A stretch of 64,000 nucleotides of DNA from Bacteroidota bacterium (GCA_039024435.1 JBCCQH010000027.1:1963-65962); one strand, 5' to 3'; positions 1 through 9,772 are shown, numbered from the stretch's first letter. Numbers and translations: made by a program. Notes: generated by a model from the sequence alone, not told the origin.

Positions 1-534
1 GTCAACCTCGCCGTGCAACACGCCTACGGAGTGGAGTTCAACCTGGGGTTGGAACCGACCGACTGGTGGAACCTCAACGGCAATTTCAATTTCTACCGGG
101 CCATCACACGCGGCGACTACGAAGGCCAAAATTTTGATGCGGACACCTATACCTGGAATGCACGCCTGTCCAGCAAAATGAAGTTTCCCCGCCTGTTTGA
201 TGCCCAGGTGACCTTTGATTACCGAGCACCGGAGATTCGTCCGCAAGGCCGAATGCTGGCCATCTATTTTATGGACATCGGGCTGTCGCGGGACATTTTG
301 AAGCGCAAGGGTACGTTGACCTTCAGTGTGCGTGATCTTTTCAATAGCCGGCGCTGGCGCTGGACGGTCGAAGAAGAAGATTATTTCCTGGAAAGCGCAT
401 TTCAGTGGCGGCAGCGGCAGTTCCAGTTGAGCTTCAACTACCGACTGAACCAGGAAAAGAAGCGTGGCGGTCGCCGCGGAGGGCGTTCGGGAGGCAGCAA
501 TGGTGGCAGCGGCGGCGGTGGTGGCGACTTTTAA
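1..534 (+). CDS. C-terminal fragment of an outer-membrane beta-barrel (TonB-dependent-receptor-like) protein; the 5' end lies outside the window
   Basis: The frame is open from base 1 to TAA at 532-534. It shows an alternating beta-strand pattern (YGVEFNLGLE, VTFDYRAPE, LTFSVRDLFN, FQLSFNYRL) and a terminal aromatic residue (..GDF). A Gly/Arg-rich tail precedes the final Phe. Confidence 0.5.
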   Translation, partial: VNLAVQHAYGVEFNLGLEPTDWWNLNGNFNFYRAITRGDYEGQNFDADTYTWNARLSSKMKFPRLFDAQVTFDYRAPEIRPQGRMLAIYFMDIGLSRDILKRKGTLTFSVRDLFNSRRWRWTVEEEDYFLESAFQWRQRQFQLSFNYRLNQEKKRGGRRGGRSGGSNGGSGGGGGDF

Positions 535-647
535 ACCTTGGCTCGTCTCACTCCCGGGAGTCAAAGCAAAATCCCCGGATTAAATCAAAAGCGCCTCAGA
601 AGTTGGCAAAGTAAAACTATATTTACGGCGAAATTTTCTTTTCGCGC

Positions 648-1574
648 TTGAACGAAGACAACCAATACGATCTCTCTTCCATGTTCGCGTCCCCCTGGCG
701 CGCGCTGTTTTTGGGCTTCGTGTTGCTGCTGCTGTGCATCATGTTCAGCGCGGTCACCGGTCAGTGGTTGATGAGCCTGTTCGGCGGGGGGGCGGCGACC
801 TTCAATGAATTGGCGCGCACCCAGCCGGGATTTACCCGATTTCTCCAAGGTCTTTCCAATTTGCTTTCCTGGGGCTTGCCAGCCCTCTTCTGGGCGGTGT
901 ACACCGGAGGGTTTCGCCGGCGATTGGGTTTTACTACCCGTCCGCGCGGGATCTTTTTCGGACTGGCCGCCCTGACCATTGTGATCGCGCTGCCCTTCGT
1001 GGAGTCGTTGTTGATCCAAGAGGAAAGCCTGCACGTCACCGAGGGCCTGGAAGGGTTTGAAGAATGGGCCAAGGACCGTGAGGTCGACACCGGAAAAGTA
1101 ATTCTGACCTTGCTCAAGGACACTTCCTTTGTCGGACTCTTCGCCAACGTGATGGTATTTGCCGTGATCCCGGCGGTTTCGGAAGAGTTGTTTTTCCGGG
1201 GCTTTCTCCTGGGCACCCTGAAGCGCAGCGTGGGATTGCACGCGGCCGTTTGGATCAGTGCGACGATCTTTTCGATTGTCCATTTTCAGGTGCTAGGTCT
1301 TTTTTCGCGGATTGTGCTCGGGGCCATGCTGGGGTATTTTTATGCCTATTCTGGAAACCTATGGGCCAGCATTGTGGCGCATTTCACCCACAATCTGGTC
1401 AATATCGTGCTTGCAGTCCTGGCGCTGCGGGGCATTCTCCCGGGAGATGTCACCGTGGGCAGTTTTGATTTCGGGATCGTTGTGGTCATTTTGTCATTCT
1501 TTTTTACCACCTTGCTGGTTTACTATTTCTCCCGCAAAGCGCACCGGTTTAACTCGACATTGAAGTATGAATGA
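648..1574 (+). CDS. CPBP-family (CAAX-type) intramembrane metalloprotease
   Basis: Multi-TM protein with the EELFFRG (EExxxR) motif, FSIVHF, and HFTHNLVN (HxxxN) motifs. The listed start is TTG; an ATG at 681 is an alternative. Confidence 0.72.
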   Translation: MNEDNQYDLSSMFASPWRALFLGFVLLLLCIMFSAVTGQWLMSLFGGGAATFNELARTQPGFTRFLQGLSNLLSWGLPALFWAVYTGGFRRRLGFTTRPRGIFFGLAALTIVIALPFVESLLIQEESLHVTEGLEGFEEWAKDREVDTGKVILTLLKDTSFVGLFANVMVFAVIPAVSEELFFRGFLLGTLKRSVGLHAAVWISATIFSIVHFQVLGLFSRIVLGAMLGYFYAYSGNLWASIVAHFTHNLVNIVLAVLALRGILPGDVTVGSFDFGIVVVILSFFFTTLLVYYFSRKAHRFNSTLKYE

Positions 1575-2475
1575 GATCCTCAAACGCTTCCTGACCGCCG
1601 TCATCGCCGGAGGTACTCTGGTGACCGTCCTCGTGCTGTCGTCCTGGGGGTCGTGGGTCTTTGGGATCGTGGTAGGCCAATTGGGGCTGTACGAATTCTA
1701 CCGCATGACCGGGGTAAAATCGCAGGTCGGCAAGTGGTTCATGCTGGGGGTAGGGGTCGCGATCTGGCTCTACCTGGCTTTTTTCGTACTCTTCCCGATT
1801 TCGATTCAAGCTTCACAGTTTGCGCTCGTCATCGAGACCAATCTGCTTGTCATCAGCATGCTCCTGTTTAGCATCACCGCGATCATCTTGTTGTTCGAGC
1901 GGCAAGTCACTGCGCCGGCGCTGGAGATGAGTACCCTGGCTTTCGGCTTTTTGTACGCTTACCTGCCGATGGTCTTGCTGTTTTTATTGTCGCTGGACCC
2001 CACCCAAATGGCGGACAGCCTCGACTTCAAAAGCATGGAAATGGTGCGGGATCAACACTACAATTTTCGGATTCCGCTGGGCATCCTTATGATCGGCTGG
2101 GGAATGGACACCGCGGCGTACTTCGGCGGGCGGTTCATCGGCGGCAAAAAGCTGTTTGAGCGGATCAGCCCGAACAAAACCTGGGCCGGCGCCATCTGCG
2201 GCGCTGCGGCCAGCATTGCGGTGGGATTTTGGCTGAATGCCATGTGGACCCTGGCCTTCAGTTGGATTGTAGTCTCGGTGATCATCGCCATCTTTGGCCA
2301 ACTGGGGGACCTGGTGGAATCGAGCTTTAAACGGGGGCTCCAAGTCAAAGACTCCGGCGGCATCCTGCCCGGACACGGCGGTATGCTGGATCGTTTTGAC
2401 GGGGTATTCCTTTCGGTTCCGGTGATTTACCTCTACTATCTGATTCGGTTTGTGCTCGATTTCGGGTCGATTTGA
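1567..2475 (+). CDS. cdsA: phosphatidate cytidylyltransferase
   Basis: Polytopic membrane protein carrying the CdsA signature GDLVESSFKRGLQVKDSGGILPGHGGMLDRFDG. Its ATG overlaps the upstream stop by 8 nt. Confidence 0.85.
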   Translation: MNEILKRFLTAVIAGGTLVTVLVLSSWGSWVFGIVVGQLGLYEFYRMTGVKSQVGKWFMLGVGVAIWLYLAFFVLFPISIQASQFALVIETNLLVISMLLFSITAIILLFERQVTAPALEMSTLAFGFLYAYLPMVLLFLLSLDPTQMADSLDFKSMEMVRDQHYNFRIPLGILMIGWGMDTAAYFGGRFIGGKKLFERISPNKTWAGAICGAAASIAVGFWLNAMWTLAFSWIVVSVIIAIFGQLGDLVESSFKRGLQVKDSGGILPGHGGMLDRFDGVFLSVPVIYLYYLIRFVLDFGSI

Positions 2476-2603
2476 ACTTTCAATCGACATTCTTGTCCTT
2501 TTGACAAATATAAGCCGGAGGAAATCACACTTCGGCCCCGACTTAATTTGGGTGCTACGGTCGGATTCGATAAATTGGTGCCCGAACGAAAAAAAGTTCC
2601 TCT

Positions 2604-3875
2604 ATGGCATCTGTAAACACCATACCTTCAGTGGATAGACTTTCCCCGTACGATTCGCTGATGAAGCGCTTCAATGAAGCGGCTGACATCATAAATCTCG
2701 ACGAACGTTTCCGCCACGTCATTGCGGCCCCGGAGAAAATCGTCGAAGTCACTTTGCCGGTTAAACTCGACAACGGCAAGACCAAGGTTTACCGCGGTTA
2801 TCGGGTGATCCATTCCACCATTTTGGGTCCTTCCAAGGGGGGGATCCGTTACTCCACGCACGTCGACAGCAGCGAGGTCAAAGCCCTCGCCGGCTGGATG
2901 ACCCTCAAGTGTGCGATTGTGGGTCTGCCCTACGGCGGCGCCAAAGGCGGGATTGCCATCAATCCCCGCAACCGCAGCGAAGATGAATTGGAGCGGGTAA
3001 CGCGGGCCTACACCCGGGCGCTCAAAGAAGTGTTTGGAACGAACAAGGACATTCCCGCGCCGGATATGAATACCAGCGGGCGGGAAATGGCCTGGATCTT
3101 TGACGAGTACTCGCGCGTATTTGGCTACGAACCGGGCGTGGTGACCGGTAAACCCATCGAACTGGGCGGCTCCCGCGGTCGGGTTGCGGCTACGGGACGC
3201 GGGGTCATGACCACGGCAATGTGCGCCATGGAAAAACTCGGCTGGAACCCCAAGGACGTTTCGGTAGCCGTTCAGGGCTTCGGTAACGTGGGCACTTGGG
3301 CAGCACGCTTGCTCGCGGAAAAAGGGTGTACCGTCGTGGCGATTTCCGATGTTTCCGGGGCTTACTACAATCCCGAGGGTCTGGACATCGAAGCGGCCAT
3401 CGCCTACTGCGACCAGAACAACCGGACCCTGGAAGGGTTTACCGGTGGCGTGCAAATCTCGAATTCCGAATTGCTGGAACTGGACGTGGATCTGCTGGCT
3501 CCCTGCGCCCTAGAAGACCAGATCAACGACAAAAACGCAGCCAACATCAAGGCCAAGCTCATCGTCGAAGGCGCCAACGGCCCTGTTTCCGCCAACGCTG
3601 ACCCCATCCTCGACGAAAATGGCATCCTCATTGTACCCGATATCCTCGCCAATGCGGGCGGGGTGACGGTCTCCTACTTCGAGTGGGTCCAAAACCGCCG
3701 CGGTCACTACTACACCGAGGAAGAGATCAACGACAAAGCGGATCCCATGCTCAAGCGCGCTTTTGAAGACGTCTGGGCCACGCGCAAGCACTTCAATTGC
3801 TCCATGCGCCTGGCCGCCTACATCGTGGGCATCGCCAAAGTCGCCAAAGGCATCGAAATGAAAGGATTCTATTGA
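2604..3875 (+). CDS. gdhA: NAD(P)-specific glutamate dehydrogenase (Glu/Leu/Phe/Val dehydrogenase family)
   Basis: Contains KGGIRY, the catalytic block GLPYGGAKGGI, the Rossmann motif VQGFGNVG, and a C-terminal SYFEWVQN. Confidence 0.88.
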   Translation: MASVNTIPSVDRLSPYDSLMKRFNEAADIINLDERFRHVIAAPEKIVEVTLPVKLDNGKTKVYRGYRVIHSTILGPSKGGIRYSTHVDSSEVKALAGWMTLKCAIVGLPYGGAKGGIAINPRNRSEDELERVTRAYTRALKEVFGTNKDIPAPDMNTSGREMAWIFDEYSRVFGYEPGVVTGKPIELGGSRGRVAATGRGVMTTAMCAMEKLGWNPKDVSVAVQGFGNVGTWAARLLAEKGCTVVAISDVSGAYYNPEGLDIEAAIAYCDQNNRTLEGFTGGVQISNSELLELDVDLLAPCALEDQINDKNAANIKAKLIVEGANGPVSANADPILDENGILIVPDILANAGGVTVSYFEWVQNRRGHYYTEEEINDKADPMLKRAFEDVWATRKHFNCSMRLAAYIVGIAKVAKGIEMKGFY

Positions 3876-3910
3876 GCCGATTCGGCTGAATCCATTTCGT
3901 ACCCTATAGA

Positions 3911-3942
3911 AAAACGGCCCCTCCCCGATGCGGCCGTTTTTT
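3911..3942 (+). terminator. rho-independent terminator after gdhA
   Basis: Stem ACGGCC (3914-3919) pairs with GGCCGT (3932-3937), followed by a T-run to 3942. Confidence 0.6.
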
Positions 3943-3965
3943 ATTGGTTAAATTTGTCCACAACC

Positions 3966-4628
3966 ATGGCCCGCCCCCGCCGATATCGCTACGCTGAATC
4001 CCTCGCCTTGTTGCGGGCTTGGCGGGATGATCCCCCCGGTCACCTGGACTGGGACCGCGCAAAACAAAAATTGACTGTCCGCGATGACGCGGGAGTCAAA
4101 CAATTTACGTTTCGCTTGCCGTTGCCCTTTCCCCCCGCGTCCGAGGGCATTTCCCTGGCCGAATATCTGGAAGACGTACCGGAGACCCCACCACCCTACT
4201 TACTGCTGCTTTTGCAGGCCGGCCACAGCGCCCTGGGCTATTTCGAGGAAGGAGAAGTCGTCCACCACAAGGTGATCAAAAAGTACATGGTGCGGGCCCG
4301 GCAGGGCAAAGCCCAAATCGGCTATCTGAATACCCGCGGCAAGTCGAAGGCCGGTTCCCGGGTGCGCCTCGCCAACACCATCAGCTTCTTCGAAGCCATC
4401 AACGCCAAAGTCACCGAATGGGACATCATGAACGGGGTTGAGCGCATCTTGCTCAGTTGTCCGGTGCGCATGAAGCCCCTGCTGTTCCAATCAAAGGTGC
4501 CCCCGCCCTTCACGAAGGATGACCCGCGGCTGCTCAAGGTGCCGCTCGACATCCACCGGCCCGATTTGGAGGAGCTGAAGCGGGTGAACCGCATCATCCA
4601 AATGGGCGAACGCACCGAGGCGGGCTAA
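3966..4628 (+). CDS. VLRF1-family (Vms1/ANKZF1-like release-factor-like) protein, putative peptidyl-tRNA hydrolase
   Basis: The blocks QAGHSALGYF, HHKVIKKYMVRARQGKAQ and NTRGKSKAGSRVRLAN are colinear with yeast Vms1 as I recall it: GGHFAGA, HRYTTRRKQGGSQS and NAKGKANSAGS.LRRYN. Start taken at the first ATG; a TTG lies at 3954. Confidence 0.6.
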   Translation: MARPRRYRYAESLALLRAWRDDPPGHLDWDRAKQKLTVRDDAGVKQFTFRLPLPFPPASEGISLAEYLEDVPETPPPYLLLLLQAGHSALGYFEEGEVVHHKVIKKYMVRARQGKAQIGYLNTRGKSKAGSRVRLANTISFFEAINAKVTEWDIMNGVERILLSCPVRMKPLLFQSKVPPPFTKDDPRLLKVPLDIHRPDLEELKRVNRIIQMGERTEAG

Positions 4629-4634
4629 CTGACT

Positions 4635-5909
4635 TCAATTGTTGGTTTTGACGGTTGTGACCGTGCTCATCCAGCAGCGCAGCGGCCAGGTATCGCCGTC
4701 GGAGAGGCCCTTGAACTTGGCTTCTTTTACCGTCGGAGTGCTGAGATTGTACTGGTAGATGCGCCGGTCCGCTTCCAACGTAACCGAGGGATCTACATTT
4801 TTCGCATCCTGGCACAGACTTACCGCCAGCCAGTACACCGCTTTCCGATCAAAATCGGAGAATTCGCAAGCATTGCTGCCCTCCAGATAGAGTTCGGCCA
4901 GGCGGATGTAGGGGTAACCCCAGGTCGGCTGGAACTGCATGGCCCGCTCGATTTCGGTGCGGGCTGCGCGGTAATCGCCGTTCAGCGCCAAAATTTCGGC
5001 TACGTTTAGGCAGTCATTCGCCCGCAAGGCGGGATCTTCCCCCAATTCGACGGCCCGGTTCAGGAAGTTGATCGCGGCGAGGAATTCCTGCCGGTTCAAC
5101 GCGTCCGCCGCCGCGAGGCGAAACATCCAGGGCGCTTCCCCTTGTTCACGGGCGCAGTTAAACTCCACCTCCCAAAATTCGTGCTCGGTGTAGCAATCTT
5201 GCAGTGCGTACAGCACCAAAAAACCGGAACAGGTAACTGCCGTCGGATCATTGTGGACCAGGCGCAGCAGATCTTCGCATTCGGGTACGACCCGCCGGAG
5301 CCGCAGCAGAAGGGTCAGTTGCAATCGCCCGGCGGGTTCGGTCGGATCGCCGTGCCGGATCAGGCGGCTCTGCAATAGCTCTGAGGCTTGCCGCCAATCC
5401 GCCGCCAGTTCACCCAGGGTGGCGCGCCCACGCTGGTAATCCTGAATTTCGAATTCCAGCCAGTTTTCGTAAAGGACCAGCGGGCAGCCAAAGGGAGCGG
5501 CCAAAACGGCGCGTTTGATCATGTTGCGCCCTTTTTCCCGGTAAACCTCGGGGTAGCGCAGCACTAGCATGCCCTGGCGGAGGTGCCATTCATTGGGTCC
5601 CATCGGGTCGTAATTCGCACTGAGGCGGTAGACTTCCTGCAAAAGGGCGACCTCATCCGCACCGGGAGCTTGGGTATGGGATTGCCCGGGCAGGACAATG
5701 GACTCCGCAGCGTCTGCAAGGCGAAAAACTGCGGTGCTGTCCCGCATTACGATTTCGCGCAGCAGTCCCAGGGCGGCCTCGCGCTCATTGTCCAATACCA
5801 TCTCCAGGAAACGGTTCTGCCGATCCGGATACAACTGGCCCGCTAACGGTCCGCAACTGATCAGTGTCAGAACCAAGAGGGAAATGTATTTTGCGGGAAA
5901 GTGGGGCAT
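4635..5909 (-). CDS. hypothetical lipoprotein with TPR-like helical repeats
   Basis: Signal peptide with a lipobox-like LISCGP. The rest is helical-repeat-like sequence with no family recognised. ATG at 5909 preferred over TTG at 5915. Confidence 0.5.
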   Translation of the reverse strand: MPHFPAKYISLLVLTLISCGPLAGQLYPDRQNRFLEMVLDNEREAALGLLREIVMRDSTAVFRLADAAESIVLPGQSHTQAPGADEVALLQEVYRLSANYDPMGPNEWHLRQGMLVLRYPEVYREKGRNMIKRAVLAAPFGCPLVLYENWLEFEIQDYQRGRATLGELAADWRQASELLQSRLIRHGDPTEPAGRLQLTLLLRLRRVVPECEDLLRLVHNDPTAVTCSGFLVLYALQDCYTEHEFWEVEFNCAREQGEAPWMFRLAAADALNRQEFLAAINFLNRAVELGEDPALRANDCLNVAEILALNGDYRAARTEIERAMQFQPTWGYPYIRLAELYLEGSNACEFSDFDRKAVYWLAVSLCQDAKNVDPSVTLEADRRIYQYNLSTPTVKEAKFKGLSDGDTWPLRCWMSTVTTVKTNN

Positions 5910-5973
5910 TTGCAAGTCGTTTTATGTACTTACAATAACGCACCGGGGGAAAATCGGTTCATTTCCGGCTGAA

Positions 5974-7662
5974 TCAGTCGACCACGCGCTTGATGAACCA
6001 GACGTCGTTCAGGTTGACCCCGACGCGCAACTGGATCGTGGTTTCTTCCAGCAGGTTTCCCGCCCGGGTGCCGCGCCGTCCCACCGAGAGGCCGAGGTTG
6101 ACCCGAGAAAAATTCGCACCGACCGCATTGAAAAAGCCGATTGGCAGCCCTACCCCAAAGGTGACGCCGTACTCGGGAATGGGATTTCCTTCGAGGGTCA
6201 GGAAAGTCGAGTTGTAGTACCCACCGAGGCGGTAAGCAATCCGGTTGCGGTATTTGCGCGAAATCAAATCGGGGATGATTTCTCCGCCCACGTTGAGATT
6301 GAGTTGCCCGTTGAGCGAATTTGCGTCGTTGAAGTAGGAAAAATTGCTCCAGTCCTGGTAGCTGACGTCGGCGCCAAAAACCCAGCGGTTTGACCGCCCG
6401 AAGGTGAAGCCGAATCCGTACTTCGTGGGAAGGTTGACCTGTCCCTCATCGTTGAAGAGGGTATCAGCGATGAAGCTGTTGTTGAATTCGAGGAGGCGGT
6501 TGCCATTCAGGGAAGTTGCCGGTTCAAAAATGCCCCCAACGCGGATCACAAAGTTTTTCCGGCGCTCTACGGTAGCGGCGCGTTTTCCCGCCCGGATTTC
6601 CGCCAATTCGAGTTCAAGGGCCTCCTTGCGCACACTGAGCTTGCGGCGGCGACCTTTGATGTTGCCCCGGAGATCACTGATTTCTCGGGTCCGATTCTTG
6701 ATTTCGCGGACGACCTTTTTGCGCTGTTTTTCCACCCGGAAGAGCTTGTCCTGTAGCTTGCCGATTTCTTTTTTGTTTTCGTCTTCTTTCTTCATCAATT
6801 CGGCGACCCGGCTTTGCAGACTTTCTTTTTCTTTCTGCAATGCGTCGGCTTTGACCTGTTCTTTTTCCTGCCAGGCGAGCAACTTTTCATTGTCCTTGTC
6901 CAGTTGTTGGTCTTCCTTGTCCAGGTTGGCGAGGGCCTTGTCGATTTCGGCGATGTCTTGTTCGGTGGCTTTGGCCCGGTCGACATTCGTCTTTAGGCGG
7001 AGAGTGTCCCCGTACTGCAAGCCAAACTGAGGCAAAAGGCCACTGAGCTGGCTGCGGTTGAAGATGCTAATCGTATTGAAACCGGTGCTCGTGAAAACCG
7101 AAGTCGTCGTGTAGGTCGTGGATCCAAAAGCGAGGGTGAGGTTTGCGCCTGCGTAAAAGTGGCGAAAGAAGCGGAAACCTGCCCCCAGATAAAACTGGTT
7201 CAACCCACCATCCGAGTTGTAATTGACGGTATAGGGCTCGGAAGCGGTATCGATCTGCAGGGTCTGGGATACGGTCACGTCGTAGCCGGTGGAACTGTAT
7301 GGGGCCAGCCCGGCGACAAAGCCGAAGTTGCGCTTGTTCGAAAAGGCAAAGGAGACATTGTGAAAGCCGGCGGTGCCGACGTTTTGCGAGTTGATGTCCG
7401 ATTCCTGTAGACTGAAAGAGCCGAAGCCATTGATGTCGAGGGTCGTCAGGCGAATGTCGGCGTAGGAAGCGGGATTGATCCGGTTAACGGTGGTTCCATC
7501 GAAGGCCCCGATCCCCACGCTGCCCATGGAAAAGTTCCGGGTGCTGGTCGGATTGTACAGGTCGCCCAGTCCGTAGCGGGAGTAGGGCGAAAGCGAGATC
7601 TGCGCAGCCAGGGGGCTCAGCAGGACAAAGGTGAGGAGAAACAGCGCGATCCGTCTATGCAT
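5974..7662 (-). CDS. outer-membrane beta-barrel (porin-like) protein with a ~145-aa internal coiled-coil insert
   Basis: Signal peptide MHRRIALFLLTFVLLSPLAAQ begins at the internal ATG at 7662. Both halves are Gly/Tyr/Asn-rich with beta-strand periodicity. The central segment (6553-6993) is K/E/Q/R-rich with heptad character. Confidence 0.6.
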   Translation of the reverse strand: MHRRIALFLLTFVLLSPLAAQISLSPYSRYGLGDLYNPTSTRNFSMGSVGIGAFDGTTVNRINPASYADIRLTTLDINGFGSFSLQESDINSQNVGTAGFHNVSFAFSNKRNFGFVAGLAPYSSTGYDVTVSQTLQIDTASEPYTVNYNSDGGLNQFYLGAGFRFFRHFYAGANLTLAFGSTTYTTTSVFTSTGFNTISIFNRSQLSGLLPQFGLQYGDTLRLKTNVDRAKATEQDIAEIDKALANLDKEDQQLDKDNEKLLAWQEKEQVKADALQKEKESLQSRVAELMKKEDENKKEIGKLQDKLFRVEKQRKKVVREIKNRTREISDLRGNIKGRRRKLSVRKEALELELAEIRAGKRAATVERRKNFVIRVGGIFEPATSLNGNRLLEFNNSFIADTLFNDEGQVNLPTKYGFGFTFGRSNRWVFGADVSYQDWSNFSYFNDANSLNGQLNLNVGGEIIPDLISRKYRNRIAYRLGGYYNSTFLTLEGNPIPEYGVTFGVGLPIGFFNAVGANFSRVNLGLSVGRRGTRAGNLLEETTIQLRVGVNLNDVWFIKRVVD

Positions 7663-8419
7663 GATGCATTTGATGTAGTACAATGGCCCAAATTCCTCGC
7701 AGGAGCAAATTGGAATCCACAAAGTTGATGTTTTTCAGGTGATTTCCCAAAAATTCCGCGTCGCCTCCGGTCAGGGCCACTTGAAGGTCGGGACCGGCCA
7801 GTTTGCGGTACCGAGCAGCGATGCCTTCGACCTCCGCGAGCAGCCCATTGACCACGCCCGAGCGGATGCTGGTCGCGGTATCGTCCCCCACAAGTGGCCA
7901 GCGGCCCTCCTCGGAAATCAACGGCAGCGCCGCCGTATAATCGTTGAGGGCCCGAAATCGCGTGCGCAACCCAGGGGAAATGCCTCCCCCACGGTAATTG
8001 CCGTCCCGGTCAATGTAGTCGTAGGTAATCGCCGTTCCCGCGTCGATGGTCAACAACGGTCCGGCGCCGGCCAGGTGCCGGCCGCCCACCGCGGAGCACA
8101 CCCGGTCCATCCCTAGGGTCTCTGGCGTCCGGTAGCTGATCCCAACCGGCAGCGGGGTACTCCGGTTGATTTCGAGCCAGCCGGCGGCGGGAAATGTAGC
8201 TTGTAAAGGGGCGAGCGAACGCATCATATCCTCCTTCCCAACGCTGACCATGCCGATATATTGTACCTCTGAACCGTAGTTCCCGATTTTTGCCGCTTCC
8301 AGCAGGCGCCCGGGAAGCTCGGTGTGGGCGTAGCGGTGGACCGGACCGCAGACCCCATCGACGAAGGCGGCCGCTTTCACAAAAGTATTCCCGATGTCGA
8401 GGGTGAGAATTACAGGCAA
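7655..8419 (-). CDS. coaX: type III pantothenate kinase
   Basis: N-terminal LTLDIGNTFVK ATPase motif, later IDAGTAITYD, and a length of ~254 aa. TTG start. Confidence 0.85.
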   Translation of the reverse strand: MPVILTLDIGNTFVKAAAFVDGVCGPVHRYAHTELPGRLLEAAKIGNYGSEVQYIGMVSVGKEDMMRSLAPLQATFPAAGWLEINRSTPLPVGISYRTPETLGMDRVCSAVGGRHLAGAGPLLTIDAGTAITYDYIDRDGNYRGGGISPGLRTRFRALNDYTAALPLISEEGRWPLVGDDTATSIRSGVVNGLLAEVEGIAARYRKLAGPDLQVALTGGDAEFLGNHLKNINFVDSNLLLRGIWAIVLHQMHHA

Positions 8420-9192
8420 AATGCGACCTCCTTGATGTTGTAGTAATCGAGTTGCTGGCCGTTTTGCAGGGCGAGTCGGCCATGCCGGTCCACCCCCGCA
8501 AGGTAGCGGCGGACCGCCCGCCCATCAATCAGGAGATCAACCTCCTCCTGGTACCCAAAAAGGTGCCGCAGGTAATCGCGCTCGATTTGTTCGGTGCGTC
8601 CAGCGCGGACGGCGAGGATGCGGGCCTCAATCTGGACCAACAGTTTCTCCAGCAGGTACCGCAGCGCGTATTCGCCGCCCGTTTCCCGGCAGAGCGAGGT
8701 CGCGTTGCCGTAGAGCTCCGTGGGAAAAATCCGCTGATTGACATTCAGCCCAATGCCCGCTACGGTGCTGCCAATCACCGGTCCGTTGAACTGGTTTTCA
8801 ATGAGCATCCCCGCGACCTTTTGGCGATTGAGAAGCAAGTCATTTGGCCACTTGATCCAAAGGTCCGCCTCCGGCAACTCCACCCGCAAAAAGTCGTAGA
8901 GCGCGACGGAGAACAGCTTGTTCAGCAGGAAGATCTGTGGAGAAGATAGGTAATGGGGATACAGCACCAAACTAAAAGTGAGGTTCTTACCGGGAGCGCT
9001 GTGCCACTGATTGCCCTGCTGTCCCCGACCTGCCGTTTGGTGGTGGGCCAGGACCACCGTACCCTCCGGAATCCCCGTGGGCAAGAGCTTGGTTGCGTAG
9101 CGATTGGTGCTTTCCACCGCTTGCAGTTCTACAAAATTTTGGCCGATGAACAAGGTATTCAAAGTGATTCTTGTTAGTTTTGCCGGGTACAA
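8410..9192 (-). CDS. birA: biotin--[acetyl-CoA-carboxylase] ligase
   Basis: Contains ESTNRYA, the GRGQQGNQWHS motif (GRGRxGRxW type), and KWPNDLL. TTG start. Confidence 0.8.
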   Translation of the reverse strand: MYPAKLTRITLNTLFIGQNFVELQAVESTNRYATKLLPTGIPEGTVVLAHHQTAGRGQQGNQWHSAPGKNLTFSLVLYPHYLSSPQIFLLNKLFSVALYDFLRVELPEADLWIKWPNDLLLNRQKVAGMLIENQFNGPVIGSTVAGIGLNVNQRIFPTELYGNATSLCRETGGEYALRYLLEKLLVQIEARILAVRAGRTEQIERDYLRHLFGYQEEVDLLIDGRAVRRYLAGVDRHGRLALQNGQQLDYYNIKEVAFCL

Positions 9193-9207
9193 AGATAATG
9201 ATCATGC

Positions 9208-9576
9208 ATGACGCGTAAAATTACCACCGCCGCCGAAGTTTTGTCGGACATCATCATCCAGGGCCTTCAAGAAAAAAAGGGCAATTCCATCACGCGCATG
9301 GACCTGCGCAACGTGAACGGAGCCATCACCGATTATTTTGTGATCTGTACGGGCACCTCAGACCGCCACGTACAAGCCCTGGCCGAGAGTGTAGAAGAAG
9401 TGGTACGCAAAGACCTGCAAGACAAGCCCATCAGCCGGGAAGGCACCCAAAAGGGCGAATGGGTCTTGCTGGACTACGTGGACGTGGTCGTGCATATTTT
9501 CCTTTCGGACAAGCGCCGCTTCTATGACATTGAAGGGTTGTGGGGCGATGCCGAATTCGAGGAAATCGAAGCGTAA
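9208..9576 (+). CDS. rsfS: ribosome silencing factor
   Basis: 122-aa protein with DYFVICTGTSDRHVQALAESV and WVLLDYVDVVVHIF, typical of RsfS/Iojap. Confidence 0.85.
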   Translation: MTRKITTAAEVLSDIIIQGLQEKKGNSITRMDLRNVNGAITDYFVICTGTSDRHVQALAESVEEVVRKDLQDKPISREGTQKGEWVLLDYVDVVVHIFLSDKRRFYDIEGLWGDAEFEEIEA

Positions 9577-9772
9577 CTTCACTACTTGCACCAATAAAAA
9601 CGAGAACGGGGCGCTTTTGCGTCCCGTTTTCATTTTGCGATGCACCTTGACAATGATCCCTGTCCTGCGCAGGGGAAACATTGAAAGTCTGGCGTAGATT
9701 CGTTATTTTCCTACGGTCAATCAACGGTTGCTGGTACAATACCAGTCCATTAAGTCTTACCTATTTTCCCTC

